NCBI GenBank assembly: GCA_016178265.1
Contig: JACOTS010000092.1
Coordinates: 1-48,186, forward strand
Reading direction: 5' to 3'
Origin: Candidatus Melainabacteria bacterium
GTDB lineage: Bacteria > Cyanobacteriota > Vampirovibrionia > 2-02-FULL-35-15
Length of the DNA: 48,186 nt
Positions 17,677 through 26,916 of the stretch are shown one piece after another. The notes beneath the pieces were generated by a model, which saw only the letters and a program-made list of their open reading frames with translations, made no database searches and was not told the origin of the DNA. How positions within the stretch are numbered: position 1 is the stretch's first letter; each line of letters begins with the position of its first letter. The position numbers and the translations under genes are program-made.

Positions 17677-18659
17677 AAGCCTGCTTGACTTACATTAATT
17701 TGATCACCTTGAACTTCTATTACTGTTCCTAAATTTCTATCTCTGGAAGAAAGCGGTAAGTTACATAACTCATGAAGTCCTCTTTTATCTACTTCATACA
17801 TCCACTTATGACAATGTCCTGTTGCAATTAATGCTGGCTTTCCTGTTTCTTGAACATATTTGTGTAAATCATTTATAAGCCATTTTTGTGCAGGTATACC
17901 CTCACCAATTCTTTTAAAATACCAAGGTAAAACATTAAATGGCGGGTGATGAGTTAAAACAAGTATTGGAACTGGTTTTGCAATATCACTTATTGCAACA
18001 TTAAAAAAAGACTGGTTCAAATTATCTTCAAGACCAAACTCAGCAGGTGGAACAGAATTTAAACCTAATACCAACACATTACCTATTTTAAGTGCAAAAT
18101 TGCCGTTGCCATCTTTAAATGGCCTATAATCACTATCACAAAGTGCAAGAGTTCTTTCCCATGAATCACCACTTATTTCCCATAAATCTCTTAGAGCATT
18201 CATTTTATCTTGTATATAAATACCATCTGAATTACCAGGTAAAAATAACGTTGGTGCATTAATTTCATGAACAAGAGTTTTACCGACAATAGTTACATCT
18301 TCTTGTCTTTCTCTATCTCTATTTGCTGTTGTTCTAGATAAGTCAAAAAAATCTCCTCCAAACACTACAAGCTGAGGATTTATTCCATTAACACCAGATG
18401 CAATATTAGAAGTCAAATCACAAAACTCATCTACCGGCATATGCGGCTTTATGTTAGCTTGCACATTTGGCTTAGATTCATACCAAGGAATTAATGTACC
18501 AAAAGCTAAATTTTGAAACCACTTACTCCTTGTTACTACATGCTTCCACCTCAAATCTTTTCTTTCTACAGGCGGTTTTGGAGCACTGCTTCTTGCATGA
18601 AGATCTGATTTAAAAAGTATTGTAAGTGACATATAGTGAAATAATATATCAAGGTTCAA
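17673..18659 (-). CDS. Calcineurin-like metallophosphoesterase
   Basis: 328 aa from a TTG; the ATG at 18632 (MSLTILFKSDLHA) may be the real start. Motifs SDLHA, GGDFFD, LPGNSD, LTHHPP, GHCH. Confidence 0.75.
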   Translation of the reverse strand: MNLDILFHYMSLTILFKSDLHARSSAPKPPVERKDLRWKHVVTRSKWFQNLAFGTLIPWYESKPNVQANIKPHMPVDEFCDLTSNIASGVNGINPQLVVFGGDFFDLSRTTANRDRERQEDVTIVGKTLVHEINAPTLFLPGNSDGIYIQDKMNALRDLWEISGDSWERTLALCDSDYRPFKDGNGNFALKIGNVLVLGLNSVPPAEFGLEDNLNQSFFNVAISDIAKPVPILVLTHHPPFNVLPWYFKRIGEGIPAQKWLINDLHKYVQETGKPALIATGHCHKWMYEVDKRGLHELCNLPLSSRDRNLGTVIEVQGDQINVSQAGF

Positions 18660-18711
18660 TCAAAACATTCTTAAAATAACCTAAAGATTGAGAGTTTACG
18701 TCAGAATTAAA

Positions 18712-19164
18712 TTAGTTTGTTACTAATTCTTCAGTTTTTAATTTAGTTTTTAATACTTTGCTGGCATCGAATTTATGAATTATTCTATGAATTAAAAAAT
18801 ATGTCGAAAACTTTCTATTCGGATTAAAGAACTGGTCACATAGAAAATGTGCTATTAAAGAAGAAGATATTCCAACCCTCCACGGCGTAAGTGATGAATC
18901 TAGCGTAAGTAAAAAGAATAACAGTACAAGTTCATATGAATGTAACGGAACATATAGTTTTCCACTTACCTTTTCATGATGAGCAGAATTCACTTTTTTC
19001 CAGTCCCACCTTTTTCCATGAGCATACAAATAATCAATTATGTGATCCAAATCTATAAGAGTACCAACTAAAAAGCTAGCTAAAGCAGGCCCAACTTCTC
19101 CATAAGCAGCATATATAAAAAGTCCTATACTTGCTGAAACCACAATATGTCCTGAAGTTCTCAT
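18712..19164 (-). CDS. Membrane-bound metal-dependent hydrolase family protein (YdjM/DUF457-like)
   Basis: The ORF track extends to 19272, but those first 36 codons are read through two palindromes. The ATG at 19164 gives MRTSGHIVVSASIGLF..., a typical start for this family. Several TM segments and His-rich motifs (DHIIDYLYAH, HH). Confidence 0.55.
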   Translation of the reverse strand: MRTSGHIVVSASIGLFIYAAYGEVGPALASFLVGTLIDLDHIIDYLYAHGKRWDWKKVNSAHHEKVSGKLYVPLHSYELVLLFFLLTLDSSLTPWRVGISSSLIAHFLCDQFFNPNRKFSTYFLIHRIIHKFDASKVLKTKLKTEELVTN

Positions 19165-19217
19165 AGTTCTAATATAATTATTCACTTGATATGTTAAGTA
19201 ACCGTTATCACTAAACC

Positions 19218-19245
19218 GGCAAATTAAATTCGCATTTAATTTGCC
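19218..19245. repeat. Perfect 12-bp palindrome with 4-nt loop
   Basis: GGCAAATTAAAT (19218-19229), loop TCGC, ATTTAATTTGCC (19234-19245). Exact reverse complements. Confidence 0.8.
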
Positions 19246-19257
19246 TTTGCACCAGCC

Positions 19258-19300
19258 GCTCGGCTTTGCCAAATAAATTGGACAAAGCCGAGCTTTATAT
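19258..19300 (+). terminator. Intrinsic-terminator-like hairpin with no upstream same-strand gene
   Basis: GCTCGGCTTTG (19258-19268), 14-nt loop, CAAAGCCGAGC (19283-19293), followed by TTTATAT on the plus strand. The minus-strand reading lacks a T-tract. Confidence 0.35.
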
Positions 19301-19404
19301 GGTCTTTAAGATTTTTGGAACAGTGTTAAGCAAAATTTGTCTTTTAAATTGAGTTAATCTTACAATTCAACGAAATAGCGAGCTACTTAAAAACAAGGGG
19401 CAGC

Positions 19405-19881
19405 ATGAGAACAGGTATTGGATACGACATTCATAAATTAGGTGAAGGCAGAAAATTAATTTTAGGAGGTGTAACCATACCTTACTCTAAAGGCCTTCTC
19501 GGACATACAGATGCAGACGTTTTAATTCATGCAATTATTGATTCTTTACTTGGTGCTGCATCACTTGGAGATATAGGAAGACATTTCCCGAACACAGATC
19601 CAAAATGGAAAGATGCAAACAGTTTAGATCTTTTAGAGGTAGTTTACATATCATTAAAAAACAAAGGATATAAAATAGAAAATATCGATTCTGTAATCAT
19701 AGCTGAAGAACCAAAGCTCTCACCTTATGTAACAAAAATGATTACCAACATAACAAAAGTGCTTGGCATAAATGAGAGAGCAATTAATATAAAATCAAAA
19801 ACAAATGAAAAAATGGATTCAATGGGGAGAAAAGAATCAATCTGTGCATGGGCAACATGTTGCCTGAGTGAAGAAGCTTAG
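19405..19881 (+). CDS. ispF: 2-C-methyl-D-erythritol 2,4-cyclodiphosphate synthase
   Basis: 158 aa. GIGYDIHKL, GHTDADVLIHAIIDSLLGA, LGDIGRHFP motifs. AAGGGG Shine-Dalgarno upstream. Confidence 0.92.
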   Translation: MRTGIGYDIHKLGEGRKLILGGVTIPYSKGLLGHTDADVLIHAIIDSLLGAASLGDIGRHFPNTDPKWKDANSLDLLEVVYISLKNKGYKIENIDSVIIAEEPKLSPYVTKMITNITKVLGINERAINIKSKTNEKMDSMGRKESICAWATCCLSEEA

Positions 19882-21582
19882 TTAGCTTAGCTCTTTTGCA
19901 CCAAATAAATCTTTTATTGCTCCTGAAAGTGCATCATCTTCACTGCTTGTCTTTAATACAGGCTTTACCAATACATTATCTTTCGTACCTTCTTGAATTG
20001 TACTTGGTCGTGGTAACTGCTCCTGCACCATATTCTTTGGAGCATTCTCAACTACTCTATATTTAATATCTCTTGGCTCAAGCTCTGTTGCATCTTTTAC
20101 TGCTTGCAAGATTATCTCTGCTTTCTTCTTATCACTTTTTAACCTGGGTAAAAACATATCTTTTGTAAGTCCAATTTCAATACAGTCTCCATTCAAAGCA
20201 AGAAGATGTCCCCCTGATTGCATAAGTAACGTTCTTGTAGGATTACTATTTATTAAATTAAGTATTTGTTCCCATGTAGTAGTACTTGGCAATGCTTCTT
20301 CAGCTTTTTCTACTTGAATAGGTTCTATTTCAGACTCATCTTCAACCACATCTGTCTTGAGTTTTTCTTCAGGTTGTATTGAGGTTGATTTTGGTTTCTC
20401 ATTGGATTTTATAGGCTTAGACACACTAGTTCCTGTTAACTTATCTACTTGTTCTTTTAGATCAGTAAGTGAAATTAGAAAATCTTCATCCAACATGCTT
20501 AATATTTCTGTTAAAAAATGCAATTCCTGACTTAAAGAATATCTAAGTTTTGCTTGTCCTTCCTGAAATTTATCAACCAGTTTCAAAATATGATTTATAG
20601 AAACTAGCTTTAGAATGCTCATGTCATCCTTTAACTCTTTAGCAAGCTTAGTTTTACAACTATCATCTGATTTTGCTTTTGCAACATCAATTACAAGACG
20701 GGTGAAGCTCTTGTACAATTCCCCAATATCTTTTCCGCTTTTAACAAGTTCTTCAGCTTTAAAAATTGCTTCTTGTTTGTTAAAAGAAAGAATAGCTTTT
20801 AATAAATCAAACAGAGAAGCTCTATCTACAACACCAAATAACTCATACACCTCATTTACATCTATTTCTTTATCTCCCTCTTGCAAAACACTTATTTGAT
20901 CTAAAAATGAAACCGCATCTCTTAAACATCCACCAGATCTTTTAGTAATAAAGCTTACAATAGAATCAGAAATATTGATTTTTTCTTCTTTGGCTATAAA
21001 TTTAATCCTTTCTTCAAGATCTTTTTCAACCACAAGTTTAAATTCAAGTTTCTGACATCTGCTTATAATAGTAGGGATTACTTTATGTTCTTCAGTAGTA
21101 GCTAAAATAAAAATCACGTTTTTAGGAGGTTCTTCGAGTGTCTTAAGAAGTGCATTAAATGCATGATCTGTAAGCATATGAACTTCATCAATAATATATA
21201 CTTTATATCTTGAGCCATAAGTCCCCAGATTAACCCTATTTATTAAATCCTCAGCATCCTCGACTTTTCTATGACTTGCAGCATCAATTTCTATTACATC
21301 AAGTGAGTTACCTTGCATAATTGAAGTACAACTAACACATTTATTACAGGGACTCTCAGTAATGCCTTTCTCACAATTTAATGATTTGGCAAGAATTCTT
21401 GCAGTAGAAGTTTTCCCTGTGCCTCTTGGACCACAAAAAAGATAAGCATGAACAATTCTTTCAAATTTAATTGCATTGGTTAAAGTCTTAGTCACAACCT
21501 TTTGACCAATCACTTCAGAAAGACTTTGTGGCCTATACTTTAAATAAAGAGGCTTATATTGTTTCATAACTCTAAGCTCCAA
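19882..21582 (-). CDS. dnaX: DNA polymerase III subunit gamma/tau
   Basis: 566 aa. YRPQSLSEVIGQ, GPRGTGKTS Walker A, zinc module CxxCxxC (CNKCVSC), IIDEVHML Walker B, SRCQ sensor. Confidence 0.92.
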   Translation of the reverse strand: MELRVMKQYKPLYLKYRPQSLSEVIGQKVVTKTLTNAIKFERIVHAYLFCGPRGTGKTSTARILAKSLNCEKGITESPCNKCVSCTSIMQGNSLDVIEIDAASHRKVEDAEDLINRVNLGTYGSRYKVYIIDEVHMLTDHAFNALLKTLEEPPKNVIFILATTEEHKVIPTIISRCQKLEFKLVVEKDLEERIKFIAKEEKINISDSIVSFITKRSGGCLRDAVSFLDQISVLQEGDKEIDVNEVYELFGVVDRASLFDLLKAILSFNKQEAIFKAEELVKSGKDIGELYKSFTRLVIDVAKAKSDDSCKTKLAKELKDDMSILKLVSINHILKLVDKFQEGQAKLRYSLSQELHFLTEILSMLDEDFLISLTDLKEQVDKLTGTSVSKPIKSNEKPKSTSIQPEEKLKTDVVEDESEIEPIQVEKAEEALPSTTTWEQILNLINSNPTRTLLMQSGGHLLALNGDCIEIGLTKDMFLPRLKSDKKKAEIILQAVKDATELEPRDIKYRVVENAPKNMVQEQLPRPSTIQEGTKDNVLVKPVLKTSSEDDALSGAIKDLFGAKELS

Positions 21583-22189
21583 GCTCTACCCCGTTGTATT
21601 TATTCATTGTAAACTCTACATTTTGTTCAAGCAGGGTTTCTATTGCCTCAATAGTTAAATTAATAACTTTGCTTAATATTTCCTTTTCTTTATTTGTAAA
21701 TTTACCTAATACATAATCCTTTCGTATATCACCACCGGGATCAGGACCTACACCTATTCTTAGTCTGGTGAATTCTTGCTTTCCTCCAATTGACTCAATA
21801 ATAGATTCAACCCCATGATGTCCTCCTGGTCCTCTTCCATGACTAATCCTTATCTTTCCAAGATCCAGTGCAACCTCATCATGAATGATAAGCAGTGAAG
21901 AAACATTAACCTTATACCAATTTAAAAGTTTATTTACAGCAATTCCAGAATGATTCATATAAGTATCTGGTTTTGCCAAAATAACCTGATAGACCTCTCC
22001 ATTGACCGCTAGTTCTCTTTTTCCACACCAAGATGACAGCTTTTTATCATGCTTTAATTCAATTTGATATTTTTTACCAAATGCATCAACAGCATCAAAC
22101 CCTACATTATGTCTGGTCTCCATATGTTCTTTGTCAGGGTTTCCAAGCCCGACAATTAGTTTATATTTTTGAGGTTTTAGCTCGTTCAC
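21572..22189 (-). CDS. pth: Peptidyl-tRNA hydrolase
   Basis: 205 aa. LIVGLGNP, TRHNVGF, HDE and GHHGV motifs. Overlaps dxr by 29 nt and dnaX by 11 nt. Confidence 0.9.
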   Translation of the reverse strand: MNELKPQKYKLIVGLGNPDKEHMETRHNVGFDAVDAFGKKYQIELKHDKKLSSWCGKRELAVNGEVYQVILAKPDTYMNHSGIAVNKLLNWYKVNVSSLLIIHDEVALDLGKIRISHGRGPGGHHGVESIIESIGGKQEFTRLRIGVGPDPGGDIRKDYVLGKFTNKEKEILSKVINLTIEAIETLLEQNVEFTMNKYNGVELGA

Positions 22190-23327
22190 TTACTTCTCTT
22201 CTAATCCTTGCATCTAGCTCAGTAATTTCATCAAGAGAACTTGGCTCAGATGGTTTATGATTTTCCATTGTGCTAGAGATTATTTTTGGAATATCACCAA
22301 ATTTAATTTCTTCTTTTAAAAACATATCTACTGCAATTTCATTTGCTGCGTTCAAGACAATTGGATAGCTTTTCCCTTCCTTTGCTGCATGGTAAGCAAG
22401 TTTAAGGCATGGAAACTTGTTGAAGTCAGGTGCTTCAAACTCTAATTTTCCAACAGAAAGCAAATCACAAAATAAATTAAACGGAAGTTCTCTTCTTTGT
22501 GGATAAAACAAAGAATATTGGACAGGGAGTCTCATGTCTGTAGCTCCAAGTTGAGCAATAATATTTCCATCAACAAACTCCACTGCACTATGAACTATAC
22601 TTTGAGGATGAATAAAAACATCGATTTTGCCCACTGGTAGTTCAAAAAGCACCATTGCTTCAATTATTTCAAGTCCTTTATTCATAAGTGTTGCTGAATC
22701 AATGGTTATTTTTGGACCCATAACCCATGTTGGATGCTTAAGTGCTTCTTCCTTAGTAGCTTTTTGAATATCTTGTTCTTTCCAAGTTCTAAATGGTCCA
22801 CCAGATGCAGTTAGAATAATTCTTTTAATTTCACTTTCTCTTGCACCACTTATGCATTGATGAATAGCAACATGCTCACTATCAAGAGGAATTATTTCTC
22901 CTTTGTTTCTTTTCAAAAGATTTTTTATTAATCCACCTGCAACTACCAAAGTTTCCTTATTTGCAAATGCAACTCTTTTGCCATGACTTAAGGCTGATAT
23001 TGTAGGTTTTAAGCCCATTGAACCAACCAAGCCATTTACTACAATGTCACATGCAGAAGATGAAATAAACTCTAACCCAACATCATTACAAAAAATTTCA
23101 ATTGAGTGGTCAGAAAGTGTTGATTTTAGCTCCTGAGCTAACTCCGTATCCTTTACAGACACAAATCTTGGCTTATGTTCTTTTATTTGTTCAATTAAAA
23201 GTTGTACATTTGATCCTGCTGCAAGTCCTACAACTTCAAAATCTTCCTTAAATGCTGATAAAACATCAAGGGTTTGCCTGCCTATGGAACCTGTCGAGCC
23301 TAAAACTGAAACCTTGCGTTTTTTCAT
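22161..23327 (-). CDS. dxr: 1-deoxy-D-xylulose 5-phosphate reductoisomerase
   Basis: 388 aa. VLGSTGSIGRQTLDV, LPLDSEH, ASGGPFR, HPTWVMGPKITIDSATLMNKGLE motifs. Confidence 0.93.
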   Translation of the reverse strand: MKKRKVSVLGSTGSIGRQTLDVLSAFKEDFEVVGLAAGSNVQLLIEQIKEHKPRFVSVKDTELAQELKSTLSDHSIEIFCNDVGLEFISSSACDIVVNGLVGSMGLKPTISALSHGKRVAFANKETLVVAGGLIKNLLKRNKGEIIPLDSEHVAIHQCISGARESEIKRIILTASGGPFRTWKEQDIQKATKEEALKHPTWVMGPKITIDSATLMNKGLEIIEAMVLFELPVGKIDVFIHPQSIVHSAVEFVDGNIIAQLGATDMRLPVQYSLFYPQRRELPFNLFCDLLSVGKLEFEAPDFNKFPCLKLAYHAAKEGKSYPIVLNAANEIAVDMFLKEEIKFGDIPKIISSTMENHKPSEPSSLDEITELDARIRREVSERAKTSKI

Positions 23328-23333
23328 GACATT

Positions 23334-26123
23334 CTATTTAAGTAATTCAATTTGCTCCTCTATTGTTTTTATTTGATTTTCAAGCTCATTTACCCTGGCT
23401 TTTACTTCTTCTATTTTATCCTGGGGCGCATTACTAATAAAGTTCGTATTTCTAAGCTTTGATTCTTGACTTTCTTTGTCTTTTTGATACTGTAACTTCT
23501 TTTTATTCAAGGCGTTTAACATATTGTCAAGATCTACAAGTCCTGTTAGAGGAATTAAGATCCTTGTATCTCTAACAAGAGCTCCCGTAGAAGGTTTTAT
23601 TGGTTCAAAGTCATTTAACAGCGTTACTTGTGATTTTGTTAAGCTTTCAATATAAGATGACAGCTTTACTAATGCTTCTTTCTCAAATTTATTTTGAGTA
23701 TAAAGCCTTACATCCATTTCTTTCACCCATGGAATGCCAAGCATTTGCCTTTGGTTTCTAATCTCTCTTGTCGTATCAATAATATAAGAAAATCTGGAAT
23801 ACAAGCTATCATCAATAAATTTAGAATCACCGATAGGCAAAGATGCTTCTACAATAAATCTATTGTCTAATTCAACCTTAGGAAGTGCATTCCACAATTC
23901 TTCTGTAATAAAAGGCATGACCGGGTGAAGCAATCTTATAATTCCATGAATAACTGAATAAAGAATTTTTTGTGTGTTTTCCTTTAGATCAGCATTAGAC
24001 AATTGTTGCTTGGCAATTTCAATGTACCAATCACAAAATTCATCCCAAATAAACCTATAAAGCCACTTAGAGATTTCAGAGAAATTATATCTGGTATGGG
24101 AGAAATCATTTGATATTCTAATTACAAGTTCATTGTAATTATGCAAAATCCAGCGATCTGGAATAGTTAAGTGTCCTAGATTTAACTCTGATAAATCAGA
24201 ATTATACTTTTTGTTCTCCTCCAAATTTTGCAACACAAACCTACTTGCATTCCATAGTTTATTTGCAAACCTTTTATATTGCTCAAGTGTATCTGATTCC
24301 CACTTTCCATCCTTTCCTTTTCTACCTGGAAATCTTACATCCTGGTTTCCTGTAATCCCTACGCTAAAATACCAAAACCTATTTGCGTCTGCTCCATACT
24401 TATCAATCATTTCAAGTGGATCAATTGCATTTCCTTTTGACTTGGACATTCTTTTGCCATCAGGAGTCTGAATAACAGGGTGAATAAGTACTTCTTTAAA
24501 TGGAATATCTTTTACAAACTCAAGCCCCATAAAGACCATTCTAGAGACCCAAAGATTAATAATTTCACGTGCAGTAGCAAGCACACTTGTAGGATAAAAA
24601 GTTTTTAAATAATCAGTGTTTTGAGGCCAGCCAAGCGTTGCAAAAGGCCAAAGAGCTGAGCTAAACCACGTATCTAATACATCAGGATCTTGAACATAGT
24701 TTTCAATATCTTTTGGCGGGTCCTCTCCTACGTAAATATCTTCAAATGACTGATGGCTATCTCCTAACTCCTGACTCCTATCTCCTGCTTTTTTCCTGTC
24801 CACTGATTTCTTATACCAGACCGGTATTTGGTGCCCCCACCATAGCTGTCTGCTTATACACCAGTCCTTAATATTTTTAAGCCAGTTTAAGTAGTGATCA
24901 GTATATCTTTCTGGTATAAACTTTATTTTTTTATCTTTTTCAACAACTTCAATTGCTTTTTTAGCAAGCGGCTCCATTTTTACATACCATTGATCTGAAA
25001 GATAAGGTTCAATAATAGTCCCACATCTATCATGTTTATCTTGTGTTTGATCATATTCTTCAATTTTTTTAAGAAATCCAAACTCTTCTAGCTTCTGTAC
25101 AGTTATTTCTCTTGCTTTGAATCTCTCTATCCCTTTAATTTCATCCGGAATGCCTATATTATTTAAATCCTGAATCTTTCCTTTTGCATCCATAATTACA
25201 GGATAAGGAAAAAAGTGTGTTCCGTACTTTTCTATTTGGTCTTTATTATTATTAAATATTTCATGATCATTTGCATCATGTGCAGGTGTAGTTTTTACCG
25301 CACCAGTGCCAAAATCCATTTTTATAATTTCATCAGAAATAATTGGGATTGTCTTATTAATAAGTGGCAAGTAAACATGTTTTCCTACAAGTTTCTTATA
25401 TCTTCCATCATTTGGATTTATACAAACTGAAATATCACCAAAAAGAGTTTCTGGTCTTGTTGTTGCAACTGTTATACCACCTTTTGAAATATCCTTTAGA
25501 TCAAAGGGGTAAAGGATATGATAAAGCTTGCCTTTTATCTCCTCACTTTCGACTTCCAGATCACTTAAACTTGTTGTGCATTTCGGACACCAGTTAACTA
25601 TCCTTTTTCCTCTATAAATAAGCTTTTTATTATACAGTTCAACAAATACTTTTCTTATTGCTTTTGTGTAATTTTCATCCATTGTAAAAACCAAGCGATC
25701 ATAGTCCATATAACAACCTAGTTTTTTTATTTGTTCAATAATTTCATTTCCGTTCTTTTCTTTCCATTGCCATATTCTCTTTAGAAATTCTTCTCTACCA
25801 ATATCTTCTTTCCTTTTTTTCTCTTTCTTTGAGAGATCTTTTTCAACAACTACCTGTGTGCCAATTCCTGCATGATCAGTTCCGCCTTGCCAAAGCACAT
25901 TTTTCCCACTCATTTTGTTGTACCTAATAAGCACATCTTGAATAGTATTTCCAAATGCATGTCCCATGTGGAGATTCCCTGTCACATTTGGAGGAGGGAG
26001 TGTTATGGAAAAGCTCTCTTTATTTGAATCTGGGGTAGATTTAAAAAGTTTATTTTCAAGCCAAATCCTTAACCATTTTTCTTCAACTTCTTTGGGATTG
26101 TAAGCTTTGTTGATTTCCTGCAT
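23334..26123 (-). CDS. valS: Valine--tRNA ligase
   Basis: 929 aa. PPPNVTGNLHMGH (HIGH), KMSKSKGN (KMSKS), TRPET editing domain, C-terminal coiled coil. Confidence 0.95.
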   Translation of the reverse strand: MQEINKAYNPKEVEEKWLRIWLENKLFKSTPDSNKESFSITLPPPNVTGNLHMGHAFGNTIQDVLIRYNKMSGKNVLWQGGTDHAGIGTQVVVEKDLSKKEKKRKEDIGREEFLKRIWQWKEKNGNEIIEQIKKLGCYMDYDRLVFTMDENYTKAIRKVFVELYNKKLIYRGKRIVNWCPKCTTSLSDLEVESEEIKGKLYHILYPFDLKDISKGGITVATTRPETLFGDISVCINPNDGRYKKLVGKHVYLPLINKTIPIISDEIIKMDFGTGAVKTTPAHDANDHEIFNNNKDQIEKYGTHFFPYPVIMDAKGKIQDLNNIGIPDEIKGIERFKAREITVQKLEEFGFLKKIEEYDQTQDKHDRCGTIIEPYLSDQWYVKMEPLAKKAIEVVEKDKKIKFIPERYTDHYLNWLKNIKDWCISRQLWWGHQIPVWYKKSVDRKKAGDRSQELGDSHQSFEDIYVGEDPPKDIENYVQDPDVLDTWFSSALWPFATLGWPQNTDYLKTFYPTSVLATAREIINLWVSRMVFMGLEFVKDIPFKEVLIHPVIQTPDGKRMSKSKGNAIDPLEMIDKYGADANRFWYFSVGITGNQDVRFPGRKGKDGKWESDTLEQYKRFANKLWNASRFVLQNLEENKKYNSDLSELNLGHLTIPDRWILHNYNELVIRISNDFSHTRYNFSEISKWLYRFIWDEFCDWYIEIAKQQLSNADLKENTQKILYSVIHGIIRLLHPVMPFITEELWNALPKVELDNRFIVEASLPIGDSKFIDDSLYSRFSYIIDTTREIRNQRQMLGIPWVKEMDVRLYTQNKFEKEALVKLSSYIESLTKSQVTLLNDFEPIKPSTGALVRDTRILIPLTGLVDLDNMLNALNKKKLQYQKDKESQESKLRNTNFISNAPQDKIEEVKARVNELENQIKTIEEQIELLK
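24761..24786 (-). repeat. Four copies of CTCCT (plus strand) at exact 7-nt spacing inside valS; AGGAGNN x4 on the coding strand
   Basis: CTCCT at 24761-24765, 24768-24772, 24775-24779 and 24782-24786. On the coding strand this reads AGGAGAT AGGAGTC AGGAGTT AGGAGAT and encodes part of the linker KKAGDRSQELGDSHQ. Confidence 0.8.
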
Positions 26124-26238
26124 ATAGTTATTTTGTAACCTTTATAGAAACTTAATTTTTAAGGATTGCTAAACTCATACTCATTTAGTTAGAGTGATAT
26201 TAGACATTTATTATATTAACAAATATAAGGAATACCAA

Positions 26239-26616
26239 ATGAAAATTAGCCCTAATCAAGAACGTTTCATAAGAGCAATATCTACAGGGTTAGGAGGCAA
26301 TCCTCAAAATGCTTTTAACACTCTAAGAAGTGTAGAATCACTCCCACAATTAGGTCAACTTGCTGAAGCTACCCCAGATGCACAAGAAAATAATAAAACT
26401 TTAGGATGTATCGGTGAAGATGTATTAAATCCTACTAAACTTGATTTTAGGTATGGGGCCGGAAGCTGTGTTGTATTAGTTATGATGTTGGATGAAAATT
26501 CACTAGCTCAAAACAATGAGGGCACTGTTTGCCATTTAAGAGAATGGATTGATCAAATTACAGATGGAAAAGGCGGATCTGTATTTGAAAGAGCACTTGC
26601 AACACAAAGCAGCTAA
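26239..26616 (+). CDS. Hypothetical protein
   Basis: The ORF track starts at 26194. The ATG at 26239 follows AAGGAA. 125 aa, no family recognised. Confidence 0.5.
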   Translation: MKISPNQERFIRAISTGLGGNPQNAFNTLRSVESLPQLGQLAEATPDAQENNKTLGCIGEDVLNPTKLDFRYGAGSCVVLVMMLDENSLAQNNEGTVCHLREWIDQITDGKGGSVFERALATQSS

Positions 26617-26679
26617 AGATTAAGAAACCCTTGATTGTTAAGACCAAAATTTGTTTATATCAATGTAGAGGTCAATAAC

Positions 26680-26820
26680 ATGAGTCAACAGATTTTACCA
26701 ATAGTTTATGGAGCACTTGCAGGGCTTGCAATTCAAATAGGAAAAAGAGGAAGTGATAGGCCACAAACTTCTCTTACAAAACCTACTCAAAAAGTTGACG
26801 AAAAAGCCGATCATAAATAA
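26680..26820 (+). CDS. Hypothetical small membrane protein (46 aa)
   Basis: The ATG at 26680 gives MSQQILPIVYGALAGLAIQIG (one TM helix) followed by a charged tail. No homolog recognised; could be spurious. Confidence 0.3.
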   Translation: MSQQILPIVYGALAGLAIQIGKRGSDRPQTSLTKPTQKVDEKADHK

Positions 26821-26916
26821 TGCCATTAAACTCTGCTAGATAAATCGAAAAACTTTAGTGTAGTTAATACAATCTAGATTCTATGGTAAGATAGACTGCT
26901 TATGTGAGGTAATGCT

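Noticed and set aside
19165-19272. N-terminal 36-codon extension of the DUF457-like ORF (MAKPSGWCKGKLNANLICRF...).
   Set aside because: The extension is encoded by two perfect palindromes, so it is a translation artefact of hairpin DNA. The family-typical N-terminus begins at the ATG at 19164.
19882-21582. Programmed -1 frameshift site (A AAA AAG type) in dnaX producing a gamma subunit.
   Set aside because: No AAAAAAG heptamer occurs in the appropriate region after domain III. The only A-rich run (GAAGAAAAAATC, near 20975-20986 on the minus strand) lies around codon 200, far too early.
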